Source of the DNA: Alphaproteobacteria bacterium
GTDB taxonomy: Bacteria > Pseudomonadota > Alphaproteobacteria > Rs-D84
Assembly: GCA_017615655.1 (NCBI GenBank)
Contig: JAFZZS010000002.1
Span: 195,114 to 259,113 of the forward strand
Length of the DNA stretch: 64,000 nucleotides
Direction of reading: 5' to 3'
In this document: piece after piece, positions 10,375-19,819 of the stretch
Position numbering within the stretch: the first letter of the stretch is position 1
How the letters are laid out: every line of letters begins with the position of its first letter
Translations under genes and position numbers: made by a program
Notes under the pieces: generated by a model
Database searches by the model: none
Told to the model about the DNA's origin: nothing
Seen by the model: only the letters and a program-made list of their open reading frames with translations

Positions 10375-12738
10375 ATGAAAAAAGCAGTAGTTTCTATTGT
10401 TATGTGCGCATTTTGCGTAGGTTCTGCGTTGGCCGCGGTTCGCGGTTCTGACGTTGTTTTGCGTGTGCCAACGAATACCAGCAGAAGTTCGGAAAACGTT
10501 TCTTCGCGTGCGGCAACAACCAGTGTTGCGCCGCGTGCGGTTTTATCACGGTCTGGGGTCAATAATTTGCGGACCGTGTCTGGGCGTACAACAAAAACAA
10601 GGGTAATAAAATCTGCGCGAACGGCGAAGAATGTGACAAATCCGCGAGGCGCACTGATAAATGTTGATCAAACCAGTTCAGCACGTCCATCGCGCAGTGC
10701 TGTCAAGCAATCTAATGCACGCGCCGCGACAACAGACGTTAAGCCAAGTGTATTTGATGAAAATTATGAAGTGTGTCAAGTTGCGTACTTTACATGTATG
10801 GATCAATTTTGCGCATTACAGAATGAAACTTATCGCCGGTGTATTTGTTCATCAAAATTGGACAAGGTAAAATCGCGTGAGCGCGCACTATCACAAACAG
10901 CAGTTCAATTACAAGATTTCAAGGATTTGAATATAGATGCAATTCTTAAAACGCCTGCGGAAGTCAAAGCAATGTTGTCGGCAAGCGAAGGCGAACAAAA
11001 ACTGTCAATGATGCGCGATAATTCGAGTTCAATGAAGAAACTTAACGCAATAAGCGATGTTTTGGAAAATACGCGAAAAAATGCGGTTTCTACGGGGGGG
11101 CAATTAGACGTTGGGGGTGATATAAAACAAATATGGAATACTACAGATTTGATATCCGGGGCGAATATTGCAAATTTGACGGGTGAATCTTTGTATAACG
11201 CTGTACATTCGCAATGTGCCGAATTGGTCGCAGATCAATGTTCGTCACAAACCGCATTACAGATGGTTATGGCAGCGTACGGCATGTATATTGAAAATGA
11301 TTGTGCAACGTTATTATCTGCACTTGATAAACAGGCAAACAGTGCTAATACCGCAATTCGCCAAACAAATCGAGAGATGACAACTGCGCGTTTGGAAAAC
11401 TATAATGCGCATAATTCAGCGGCAATAAATGAATGTGTCGCGGGCGTACGTGAAAAATTAACTGAAGATACAGCATGTGGTGCGAATTATGTCCATTGTC
11501 TTGATTTGACGGGTCGTTACTTGAATAGGGTAACGGGCGAACCAATATATACAGCCAATTTTTATGAATTAAATGATCAGGTTTCTCTGGTTGGTGATGT
11601 GTTAACGAATACAACAAATGCAAAACTTGTTAATGAATTGAACCGCAAGCGTGAGATTGCGAAAAATGTGCTTGAAACATGTCGGGATATTGCAGATGAT
11701 GTGTGGAATGAATTCATGCGTCAGGCGATAACTGAAATTTACCAGGGTCAACAGTCCAGAATTCGCAAGGTCAAAAATGAATGCATGGATGTTGTTAATA
11801 AATGCTATGATGATACAGTAGGTCAATTGCGTGATTATAGTAATATTGAAGAACAAATGTTACTTGGGGATAGATTAGAGTTGTCCGAAGAAATGTGCAC
11901 AGAAAAAATGACAACCTGCAGCAATTTATATGGTGGGGGATCGGCAGGTTTACAATTGTTAATTGAAGAAATGCGCAGAATTACCGATCAAAAGATTTCG
12001 CAGAATTGCCTTGCGACATTAAAAGAATATTCCGAAAAATTATGTCGGGTTTCCGGATCTGATACTTTACATGCGTATCCGTATGGATGCCGCGTTTATA
12101 CGCCTGGAAATATATTCTATGCGACCAAACCTGAGTGTACGTACATAAACAATCCGACATACAGTGTGTCAAGTTTTGAACATGTTGCGCCTACTTCGCT
12201 GGGCAGTGTCAAGGTGTTAGGGACACAAACAGTTGTAAATGATCAAACCTTTTTGAATACTTATGCATGTTGGGATAACAGAATTTATTCAAGCTGTAAT
12301 GATGATTATTATTTGTGGGGTGGTAAATGTTATAAATGCCCAGAAGATTGGATATGTCAGGATGGTCAAATAAGGCCACAAAGTGTTGGGGGTGATACTT
12401 GTGGAAATTACATTGGTAGTCTATATCAGAAAATGGTTGTCTATGCATTGCAGTATTGTGTGCGTCCGTCCGAGGCTAATAATGCAATTCCAAACGAGGT
12501 TTTGGGGTACGTGAACATGACTATGGATTCTATACACGTGGATATGGCGTCTGCTTTGGCCCAGGAATGTGATAGACTTGGTGGGGAATGGGTAACAGAT
12601 TTCAAAAAGGTAGATGAAGATACTTGTGAACCCGAAGTCGACACCAAAAATTCAGATTTCTATAATCTGAGTAATGCGAATTTATGCTGGGGATTATGCA
12701 AAGAGAAAACGACAGACCAGGGCACAAACGGAGATTAA
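10375..12738 (+). CDS. Large secreted cysteine-rich protein, paralogue 1 (787 aa) of the CMDxFC family
   Basis: Signal peptide, then a Ser/Thr/Arg-rich low-complexity linker, then the conserved CQVAYFTCMDQFC...CICS core. More than 40 Cys. Colinear similarity to P2, P3 and P4 (for example CLDLTGRYLN and ETCRDIADDVWNEF blocks). Confidence 0.8.
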   Translation: MKKAVVSIVMCAFCVGSALAAVRGSDVVLRVPTNTSRSSENVSSRAATTSVAPRAVLSRSGVNNLRTVSGRTTKTRVIKSARTAKNVTNPRGALINVDQTSSARPSRSAVKQSNARAATTDVKPSVFDENYEVCQVAYFTCMDQFCALQNETYRRCICSSKLDKVKSRERALSQTAVQLQDFKDLNIDAILKTPAEVKAMLSASEGEQKLSMMRDNSSSMKKLNAISDVLENTRKNAVSTGGQLDVGGDIKQIWNTTDLISGANIANLTGESLYNAVHSQCAELVADQCSSQTALQMVMAAYGMYIENDCATLLSALDKQANSANTAIRQTNREMTTARLENYNAHNSAAINECVAGVREKLTEDTACGANYVHCLDLTGRYLNRVTGEPIYTANFYELNDQVSLVGDVLTNTTNAKLVNELNRKREIAKNVLETCRDIADDVWNEFMRQAITEIYQGQQSRIRKVKNECMDVVNKCYDDTVGQLRDYSNIEEQMLLGDRLELSEEMCTEKMTTCSNLYGGGSAGLQLLIEEMRRITDQKISQNCLATLKEYSEKLCRVSGSDTLHAYPYGCRVYTPGNIFYATKPECTYINNPTYSVSSFEHVAPTSLGSVKVLGTQTVVNDQTFLNTYACWDNRIYSSCNDDYYLWGGKCYKCPEDWICQDGQIRPQSVGGDTCGNYIGSLYQKMVVYALQYCVRPSEANNAIPNEVLGYVNMTMDSIHVDMASALAQECDRLGGEWVTDFKKVDEDTCEPEVDTKNSDFYNLSNANLCWGLCKEKTTDQGTNGD

Positions 12739-12742
12739 AAAA

Positions 12743-12768
12743 GGTTGCAATTTTTGCAACCTTTTTTA
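12743..12768. terminator. Bidirectional terminator GGTTGCAA-TTTT-TGCAACC flanked by A5/T6
   Basis: Perfect 8-bp stem between the convergent P1 gene and infA. Confidence 0.6.
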
Positions 12769-12781
12769 TAAAAACAGATAG

Positions 12782-13027
12782 TTATTCTTGGGTGTCACCT
12801 GGTGCACGTTTGCGTTCAACAAATGTTATGCGTCCCTTGGCTAAATCATAGGGGGTCATTTCAACGCGAACACGTTCGCCTACATTGACCCAAATGCGCG
12901 CTTTACGCATCTTGCCACAAACGGTTGCCAATATTTCGTGACCATTATCTAGTTTTACACGAAACATTGTGTTGGGTAATTTATCCTCGACTGTGCCGGT
13001 AAAAACAACAACATCATCTTTTGCCAT
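12782..13027 (-). CDS. infA: Translation initiation factor IF-1
   Basis: S1-like OB fold; GHEILA...GKMRK...VGDRV-type IF-1 signature; 81 aa. Confidence 0.9.
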   Translation of the reverse strand: MAKDDVVVFTGTVEDKLPNTMFRVKLDNGHEILATVCGKMRKARIWVNVGERVRVEMTPYDLAKGRITFVERKRAPGDTQE

Positions 13028-13150
13028 ATTTATTCCTTGGGCTGTTTATTCATGAATAATATGTTGATTAGGCAAAAAAATCAAGAATTTTTTGTTGCCT
13101 GACCCCTATTGTTCTGATAAAATTATACAGAAGATGTAGGAAGGAAAAAT

Positions 13151-15298
13151 ATGAAAAAGATTCTTTTTGTCGGCCTGTTGGCTGTGATTCCATGTGTGGC
13201 ATTTACGGCGGAACGTGGTGGATCGCGCGTTGGTATTCGTGCATCTATGTCGTCGATGACGCCTGCGCCCAAGGTGCAAAGTATGCCAAAAGCAAAAGTG
13301 ACATCGAATGCGACATCAACGGTTAGCGCATCGGCACCTGTGGCTTCGCAACCCGAAGTTATTACCACAGAATCAGCAGAAGTTATCACAGAGGTTACAG
13401 AAACAAAATTAACCGTAGAAGAATGTCGTGATGCATACCGTGAATGCATGGATGAATTTTGTTTGCTGGATGAAGCTGAAGGTGGGCGCTGTTCATGTTC
13501 CGATAATATCAAGCAATCTAAGAGTTTGATTCAAACAATTCAATCTATTCAACAAGAGGCGGAATTGCTTTATACTGAAGGTGTTGAAAAAGAACGTCTT
13601 GGGGCAAAAGCAAAGTTTGTTAAATTTGGTGAAAGCGACAAGGCAAAAAAGTCTTCGCGTGTGTCGGGTATAGATTTGGTTGCGTGGATAAATGGCACCA
13701 CAAGTCAGAGTTTGGCGGCTGATGATGACATTGGTGATAATCTTTATGCTATGGCGGCGGATTCGTGTGAATATGTGTTAAGCAGTTGCGATGAAAAGCG
13801 CGCAGAAATGGAAGAAAAACTGTATCAGCGTGAAGTGGTCAAAGATTGCAAGGCTTTTGATGTATATTTGGCAGAACAGAAGAATGCCGCGGAATCGAAT
13901 AAAAGGACGGCACAGGCCGCGGTTCGTTCAGCAAAGTTAGATATGTTAGGAACCACAGAAAAATACAATCGTGGTGAGTGTTTAATTGCATATCGTGCGT
14001 GTATTGCAGACAAAGGTGGCTGTGGTGTTAATTTTGAAAACTGTTTAGATGCGGAATTGTTGGCGCGTCGTTCTAATGCTTGTGAAAACGTGCTTGATCA
14101 ATGTATGTCTGTGAAGACATATGTTTTGGAAGATTGGGAGGCGGAATCTAAAATGGTTCTTGCCGAAGCCGCAATTTACAGTGATAAAAATATGCGTTTA
14201 ACGTGTCTTGCACAAATTCAAGCATGTTTGGAAGACGGGTGCAGTACCTCTACGAATTCGGCGTGTTTGACAAACGTCCGGGTCGCTGCGGGTGTTTGCC
14301 CGATTATAACCGAATGTGAAGCTAAAATCCCGGGAATTCAAAGTGCAATTAATGACAAGTTGGCAGAATTGCGGACGCGTTTTTGTCAAAATGATGTTGA
14401 TAAATGTTTGCAAGATAAATGCGGTGTCAATTTTACTGCGCCAGAATGTGTTGGTAAGAAAACATCAGAAATTGTCGCGATGTGTCCTCAGGCTATGTTC
14501 GCGTCGTGTAAAAATGAAAAGTTTTTTGGTGTAATTGTTCAATCAACATTGTTGCAGATGGACTATCAAATGCTTGAAGGGTGTAAGAATTATTATGCCG
14601 ATGCATTGGGTAAGGTATGTGGAACAGATATGAATTGTTTGCCGGGCAGTACGGTGGTTGAGTCTTTAACAAAAACACCGGTCAGTGTTGGTGATGTTGA
14701 GGACGAAGTTCGTGCAGAAAGTAAGGCCGCGGTTAATGAATTCTTTAAACGTTTTGAAACCGAACAAACGGTTGCGGCATGTAAAAGTTCACAACAGCCT
14801 GTGGGATCTGGACGCAAGAGTTTAAAAGATGCAATGTTTACTTTCACCAAACAGGCGGCAGAAATTGCGGCTCAAAACCGTTATTTGACCGATTTGCGTT
14901 CAAAATTGGCGGAACTTTCGCGCAAGGACGATACGGCCAAGGCGGAACAAAATTGTTATGAACAATATAAAGTTGAAAAGAAGCCTGTAACCGATGATAG
15001 CGGATCTTATACGTATATTCGCAGCGTATCGTTTGAACCGTCATTGCGTAATTGTCATGTGTGTCGTATGCAACGTGTTTGCGAAGTGGGTGGCGAATCT
15101 AAAGCAACTTCCGCATTAAAAGCGGGTGCCGGTGGTTTGGCTGCGGGTGCGTCTGCAGGAACGATGATAAATGCAGGATGGGGAACCGCAATTGGTGCCG
15201 TTGTTGGTGGTGTCGGTGCCGGTGTACTGGGTGCGGTTTCGGGTGGCGAAAAAGAGTTCTGCCAAGAAATAGAATCTTGTGAAGATATAAATATGTAA
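13151..15298 (+). CDS. Large secreted cysteine-rich protein, paralogue 2 (715 aa) of the CMDxFC family
   Basis: Signal peptide, S/T/A/V-rich linker, then the EECRDAYRECMDEFC...CSCS core. A Gly/Ala-rich glycine-zipper-like tract (AGAGGLAAGASAG...GGVGAGVLGAVSGG) lies near the C-terminus, which ends ...CQEIESCEDINM. Confidence 0.8.
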   Translation: MKKILFVGLLAVIPCVAFTAERGGSRVGIRASMSSMTPAPKVQSMPKAKVTSNATSTVSASAPVASQPEVITTESAEVITEVTETKLTVEECRDAYRECMDEFCLLDEAEGGRCSCSDNIKQSKSLIQTIQSIQQEAELLYTEGVEKERLGAKAKFVKFGESDKAKKSSRVSGIDLVAWINGTTSQSLAADDDIGDNLYAMAADSCEYVLSSCDEKRAEMEEKLYQREVVKDCKAFDVYLAEQKNAAESNKRTAQAAVRSAKLDMLGTTEKYNRGECLIAYRACIADKGGCGVNFENCLDAELLARRSNACENVLDQCMSVKTYVLEDWEAESKMVLAEAAIYSDKNMRLTCLAQIQACLEDGCSTSTNSACLTNVRVAAGVCPIITECEAKIPGIQSAINDKLAELRTRFCQNDVDKCLQDKCGVNFTAPECVGKKTSEIVAMCPQAMFASCKNEKFFGVIVQSTLLQMDYQMLEGCKNYYADALGKVCGTDMNCLPGSTVVESLTKTPVSVGDVEDEVRAESKAAVNEFFKRFETEQTVAACKSSQQPVGSGRKSLKDAMFTFTKQAAEIAAQNRYLTDLRSKLAELSRKDDTAKAEQNCYEQYKVEKKPVTDDSGSYTYIRSVSFEPSLRNCHVCRMQRVCEVGGESKATSALKAGAGGLAAGASAGTMINAGWGTAIGAVVGGVGAGVLGAVSGGEKEFCQEIESCEDINM

Positions 15299-15308
15299 GG
15301 TTTTGATA

Positions 15309-17810
15309 ATGAAAAGAATCAAATATATTGCATTGATTACGGCTGTCGTTGCGCCATGTATCGCGTTGGCAGCAACAACCAAGAAACAGTCCGCAGTACA
15401 AAATGGAACTACTGTTCGTACTAAAGTTGCCGCCAAAGGTGTTTATTCTCAGGAATGTTACGATGAATACTACGGATGTATGGACCAGTTCTGTATTTCA
15501 GAAAATATCAATGGCGGTAGCTGCGCATGCAGTAACAAATCTATACAATACGAAGAAGAGTTAAAAGAGATAAATTCAATACTTGCAGAAGCAGATAGAA
15601 TCAAAACAGTAGAAGTTGAAAAGGTAAAACTTGGGGCAAACGCTGATATCGTTTTTAATGGTGAAAGAAAATATGACGAGAAGGGTAATGTTATAAGGGT
15701 ATCATCAAATTCTGATAGACCGAACAAAACTTCAAAACGTGAAGATTTGCTTAAGATGTTCGAAACAAATTTTGATGATGACGATGATGACGACGACGAT
15801 GTTATGAATAAAAGGGGCGCGGCGTTATTTAATGCGGCAAATGCGACATGTTCCAGTCAAGTTGATAGCTCTTGTGCAAAAGATTTAAAGATTTTAACCC
15901 AGATGTATCAGCGTCAAATTGAATCAGATTGTCAGGGGTTTGCAAATAGTATTGCACAACAAAAAGCCGCAGCGCAATCTGCAATGAATAGCGCGGAATC
16001 TGATGTTAGAACAGCATTAAAGGAAAGTTTTGATGCTGCGAACAAATACAACCAGGGCGAATGCATGGTTGAATTTAAAAAATGTATGACTGGTCCAGAT
16101 GCGTGTGGAACTGATTGGATAAATTGTGTTTCAACGATTGCGTCTGAGAATATGCAGAACAAGGCTGCAAAAAGTACGGCGGGAACAAAAACAAAGACAA
16201 CTGTTGCATATGACATAACACCGTCTGTTATGGAACGTTTGGAATCTAAACGAACTATTTGTGAACGCGTTCTGGATCAGTGTATGGCAGTACGTGATAC
16301 GGTTTGGACGGCATTTTTGCGAGAGGCGGCGCCAACACTTAAACTTGCGGAATTGCGCGCTGAATCAGATTTTCGTCAGTCTTGTTTAACAGAGATTACC
16401 AAGTGTATTCATACCGCGTGTAAAGATGATATTGCGGGCAAAGGTGTTGCAACAATGGATTCTTGTTTATCAAGGCCTGATATGGCACGTTCATTCTGCA
16501 AGGTTCAGATTGACCCTTGTGAACGCATGGAGCCATTAATTTGGGGATATGTTACAGACAAGTTAGCGGCGATGCGTGTCGATGCTTGTACCCAGGAAGT
16601 TAAAGATTGCTTTATGGATGATAATCGTTGTGGCAAAGACTTTATGAATTGTATAGGTATGGATTATGAATTTATACGAAATATATGTCCGTTGGATAAA
16701 TTGGTTGTTTGCAAGAAAAACAACAAGAATTTCAGTATGGCGGATATAGATTCTATGATTTCGGGACTGTATTTAAATATTGATAACAAGGCATTAGATA
16801 ATTGTCAAAAGATTGTCGAAGACAAAATGACCGAAGTTTGTGGTTCAACAACAGATTGTAATAAGTTTGCTGCTGATGACATAATGGGTACTAGCAGTTT
16901 ACGCAGCCAAAAAGATAAGAATATATATCGTATAACAGGGATGATATCGTTTGGTGTGTTACCAATTGCGACCTCGGGTGAAGATGTCGGCAAAATAGAT
17001 ATCACTGATTACATGTCAAAGGTGCGTGCAAATGCTGAAACGCAGGATGTGCCGAACAAGGATATGGTATTGGAAAATATCGAAACAGAATTAAAGAATG
17101 TTGCAAATAATATTAACCGTGTAATTGATTTAATTTCATCTGATACGAAGATACAATATTGTGTAACAGGGCGTAATCTTGCTCAAATTGTTGGGGAAAA
17201 AGATGCTCGTACAACCAAGGCACGTTTTCCAAATCTTTTGAATCAAATTAAAATTCAGATTGCAATGGCGGCGTTACGTAAAGCTCAGGATAATTATCAA
17301 GCCAAATATAATGAATATTTAGTTAAGGCGACAAAAGACGCGTCTGCGGATGTTGCGCAATATATGTGTCAGATGTTACCAGTTACAGGTGGTGCACCAG
17401 TTGGTGCGACAGGTGAAGAACAAACACAACTTGCCCCGCCGTATGCGATAAGTTACGAGGTTAGTACCGGATTAAATAACACATTGTTGTCGCAGGGGGG
17501 ACATGGGTCCTCTGCAACAGGAACAAGTGCAAAGGTTGATACTACTGCGGGTGCATCAAAGTTTGCGGGCGTTGTTGATGCGTTTACCGGGCTTGCTGGT
17601 CAAAAGGTAAAATCTGAAACCGGCAATGGAACGCGTGAAATGTGGTCTATATTTAATCGTGATACACGTATATGTCATTTCTGTACATCAACTGTGACAA
17701 AGAGCTGTTCAACTATTACAAAGAAGGGATTCCTTGGCATTGGATCCAAAGCCGAAGCGTCATGTACAGAATCTGATCCAGTTGAAAAGTGTGAAGATAT
17801 TGAAATGTAA
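15309..17810 (+). CDS. Large secreted cysteine-rich protein, paralogue 3 (about 833 aa) of the CMDxFC family
   Basis: Signal peptide, then the QECYDEYYGCMDQFC...CACS core. Poly-Asp run of 9 D followed by DV at 15773-15799. Colinear with P2. Ends ...EKCEDIEM. The ATG at 15309 is preferred over the TTG at 15303. Confidence 0.8.
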   Translation: MKRIKYIALITAVVAPCIALAATTKKQSAVQNGTTVRTKVAAKGVYSQECYDEYYGCMDQFCISENINGGSCACSNKSIQYEEELKEINSILAEADRIKTVEVEKVKLGANADIVFNGERKYDEKGNVIRVSSNSDRPNKTSKREDLLKMFETNFDDDDDDDDDVMNKRGAALFNAANATCSSQVDSSCAKDLKILTQMYQRQIESDCQGFANSIAQQKAAAQSAMNSAESDVRTALKESFDAANKYNQGECMVEFKKCMTGPDACGTDWINCVSTIASENMQNKAAKSTAGTKTKTTVAYDITPSVMERLESKRTICERVLDQCMAVRDTVWTAFLREAAPTLKLAELRAESDFRQSCLTEITKCIHTACKDDIAGKGVATMDSCLSRPDMARSFCKVQIDPCERMEPLIWGYVTDKLAAMRVDACTQEVKDCFMDDNRCGKDFMNCIGMDYEFIRNICPLDKLVVCKKNNKNFSMADIDSMISGLYLNIDNKALDNCQKIVEDKMTEVCGSTTDCNKFAADDIMGTSSLRSQKDKNIYRITGMISFGVLPIATSGEDVGKIDITDYMSKVRANAETQDVPNKDMVLENIETELKNVANNINRVIDLISSDTKIQYCVTGRNLAQIVGEKDARTTKARFPNLLNQIKIQIAMAALRKAQDNYQAKYNEYLVKATKDASADVAQYMCQMLPVTGGAPVGATGEEQTQLAPPYAISYEVSTGLNNTLLSQGGHGSSATGTSAKVDTTAGASKFAGVVDAFTGLAGQKVKSETGNGTREMWSIFNRDTRICHFCTSTVTKSCSTITKKGFLGIGSKAEASCTESDPVEKCEDIEM

Positions 17811-17824
17811 CAAAGGAAAAAATT

Positions 17825-18724
17825 ATGGAACCTAAAATTATAGAAGGTGGTGTTGTTGAAAATGCGGTAGAGGCTGTGCAGGCAGTGCCCGAAAAAGTTC
17901 AAGCCAGTGCTGCGGCATTAAAAGATATGATTTCGTCATTGACGGGAATGGCGGTGGATTTTGGTTTAAAACTGTTGGCGGCCATTGTTGTTTTGGCAGG
18001 TGGTATGTGGATTGCCAAGCGCATCGCAAAATCATTTAAAAGGATGCTGGAACGTCGTGGGGCGGATGCGTCGTTGGTGTCATTTTTGGGTTCATTTACG
18101 AACATATTGTTGCGTATTTTTGTTGTTATTATATCGCTGGCAACGGTTGGTGTTCAAATGACATCTATTGTGGCGGTACTTGGTGCGGCATCGTTAGCGG
18201 TTGGTATGGCGTTATCAGGCACGATGCAGAATTTTGCTGGCGGAATAATTATTATGTTTTTAAAACCATTTAAGGTTGATGACATTATTGTTACAACTGA
18301 TGGTAAAGTAGGTGTCGTTAAAAAGATTATGATTTTTACCACTGAATTGTACACTTTTGATAACCAGGTTGTATTGTTGCCTAATGGTGCACTTTCTAAC
18401 AGTCAGATTACAAATTTATCTATGACAGATACACGACGGGCAGATTTATCTGTGGCAATTTCTTATGGTGATGATGTTGATGTTGCACGTAAAGAAATAC
18501 TTGCCATAATCAAGGCAGATAAGCGTGTTTTGAAAAAACCGGAACCCGTGGTGTTTGTTGCAGAACTTGGGGAAAGTGCGGTTATATTGGGTGTTCGTTA
18601 TTGGACTTCATCGGCCGATATGTTACCAAGTCGTGGCATAATGATGGAAGAAATTTACAAGAAATTACCGAAAAAGAAAATACACTTCCCATTTCCGCAA
18701 ATGGATGTGCATGTGAAAAAATAG
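17825..18724 (+). CDS. mscS: Small-conductance mechanosensitive channel (MscS family)
   Basis: Three N-terminal TM helices plus the MscS beta-domain signature (NFAGGIIIM, TTDGKVGVVKKI). Confidence 0.85.
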   Translation: MEPKIIEGGVVENAVEAVQAVPEKVQASAAALKDMISSLTGMAVDFGLKLLAAIVVLAGGMWIAKRIAKSFKRMLERRGADASLVSFLGSFTNILLRIFVVIISLATVGVQMTSIVAVLGAASLAVGMALSGTMQNFAGGIIIMFLKPFKVDDIIVTTDGKVGVVKKIMIFTTELYTFDNQVVLLPNGALSNSQITNLSMTDTRRADLSVAISYGDDVDVARKEILAIIKADKRVLKKPEPVVFVAELGESAVILGVRYWTSSADMLPSRGIMMEEIYKKLPKKKIHFPFPQMDVHVKK

Positions 18725-18743
18725 TTATTAGTAAAAAAGATTT

Positions 18744-18770
18744 GGGCGCGAAATTGCGCCCTTGTTTTTT
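18744..18770 (+). terminator. Rho-independent terminator GGGCGCG-AAATT-GCGCCC + TTGTTTTTT after mscS
   Basis: GC-rich stem-loop and U-tract 20 nt after the mscS stop. Confidence 0.65.
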
Positions 18771-18801
18771 CGGAAAAAAGGTTTATAATGAGACACGATT
18801 T

Positions 18802-18878
18802 GTGCCCATGGCTCAATTGGATAGAGCAATTGCCTTCTAAGCAATAGGTTGCAGGTTCGAGTCCTGCTGGGCACGCCA
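18802..18878 (+). tRNA. tRNA-Arg (anticodon UCU)
   Basis: Manual cloverleaf: acceptor GTGCCCA/TGGGCAC, D-stem GCTC/GAGC, anticodon stem ATTGC/GCAAT with loop CTTCTAA, T-stem GCAGG/CCTGC, and an encoded CCA. Confidence 0.85.
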
Positions 18879-18986
18879 GAAATTTAAACCGGCCAATATG
18901 GTCGGTTTTTGATATCCGCTTTTCTTCCTGTGTTATGTATTGTATTGGTATGCTATAATTTTTGTATACAACCAAGGGGGGAATAT

Positions 18987-19466
18987 ATGATAAAAAAATG
19001 TATGTGGTTCATAATTGCCATAGCAATTTCTTTCTTACCGGGGATTTTTGGTGTGTTTTTTACACCGCATGGTAATTCAAATATTTGGTATAACGGATTG
19101 ATAAAATCCGGCCTTACGCCGCCGGGGTGGGTGTTTAGTATTGCGTGGACAATCTTATACATTTTGCTTGGCATTGCACTATACCTTGTTATTCGTCATA
19201 AGACCCGTGCTAATTCAGATAAAATTCGTGCGTATATTCTGTTTGCAGCGCAATTGATTTTAAATGGCCTTTGGTCATATATGTTCTTTGGTGCACATTT
19301 ACCCAGTTTTGCGTTGGTAAATTTATTATTGTTGTTTGTGGTGTCTGTTTGGATGGCACGTGTATTCAATACCATTGACAGACGGGCGGCATACCTGGTC
19401 ATTCCGTATATTTTGTGGATGATGTTTGCTTTCTATATGAATGCTTATATTGTTTTAATGAATTAA
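18987..19466 (+). CDS. tspO: Tryptophan-rich sensory protein TspO/MBR
   Basis: Five-TM Trp-rich profile (WYNGL...PPGWVFSIAWTILY). AAGGGGGGAA RBS before ATG 18987. Confidence 0.8.
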   Translation: MIKKCMWFIIAIAISFLPGIFGVFFTPHGNSNIWYNGLIKSGLTPPGWVFSIAWTILYILLGIALYLVIRHKTRANSDKIRAYILFAAQLILNGLWSYMFFGAHLPSFALVNLLLLFVVSVWMARVFNTIDRRAAYLVIPYILWMMFAFYMNAYIVLMN

Positions 19467-19819
19467 AGTTTAAGAACCTTAAAGGCCGGATCGCCGATGT
19501 TAAGGTAACGCAGCCCCAGTTCCTCAACGTAATCGGGGCTGTAACTTTGTAATAGGTGGATGTGGCGTTGCATGGTCTCAAGTTTTTGTTCTTCTTGTTT
19601 CAATTCAGTTTGCTCTGCGGAAAGATGCCATATGTTCGCTATAAAACGACCAACATTAACATCGCCATAAAATATACGAACAAACATAAATGTCGCAAAA
19701 AGTGCAAAGAATACGCCAATCTTGCCACGTATACCACCGCGCCATGCGCGTCCGATAAATCCAAATAAATTTTTGATTTTGTCTTTCATACATGGCATTA
19801 TATCACAGATGATACCCAA
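19463..19819 (-). CDS. ftsB: Septum formation initiator FtsB/DivIC-like
   Basis: Single TM followed by a coiled coil (EQTELKQEEQKLETMQRHI); small protein. The true start may be an internal ATG. Confidence 0.6.
   Translation of the reverse strand: MGIICDIMPCMKDKIKNLFGFIGRAWRGGIRGKIGVFFALFATFMFVRIFYGDVNVGRFIANIWHLSAEQTELKQEEQKLETMQRHIHLLQSYSPDYVEELGLRYLNIGDPAFKVLKL

Noticed and set aside
18879-18986. Possible integrated island downstream of tRNA-Arg
   Set aside because: No integrase gene, no direct repeat of the tRNA 3' end and no compositional break. The downstream genes (tspO, ftsB, dusB) are housekeeping.
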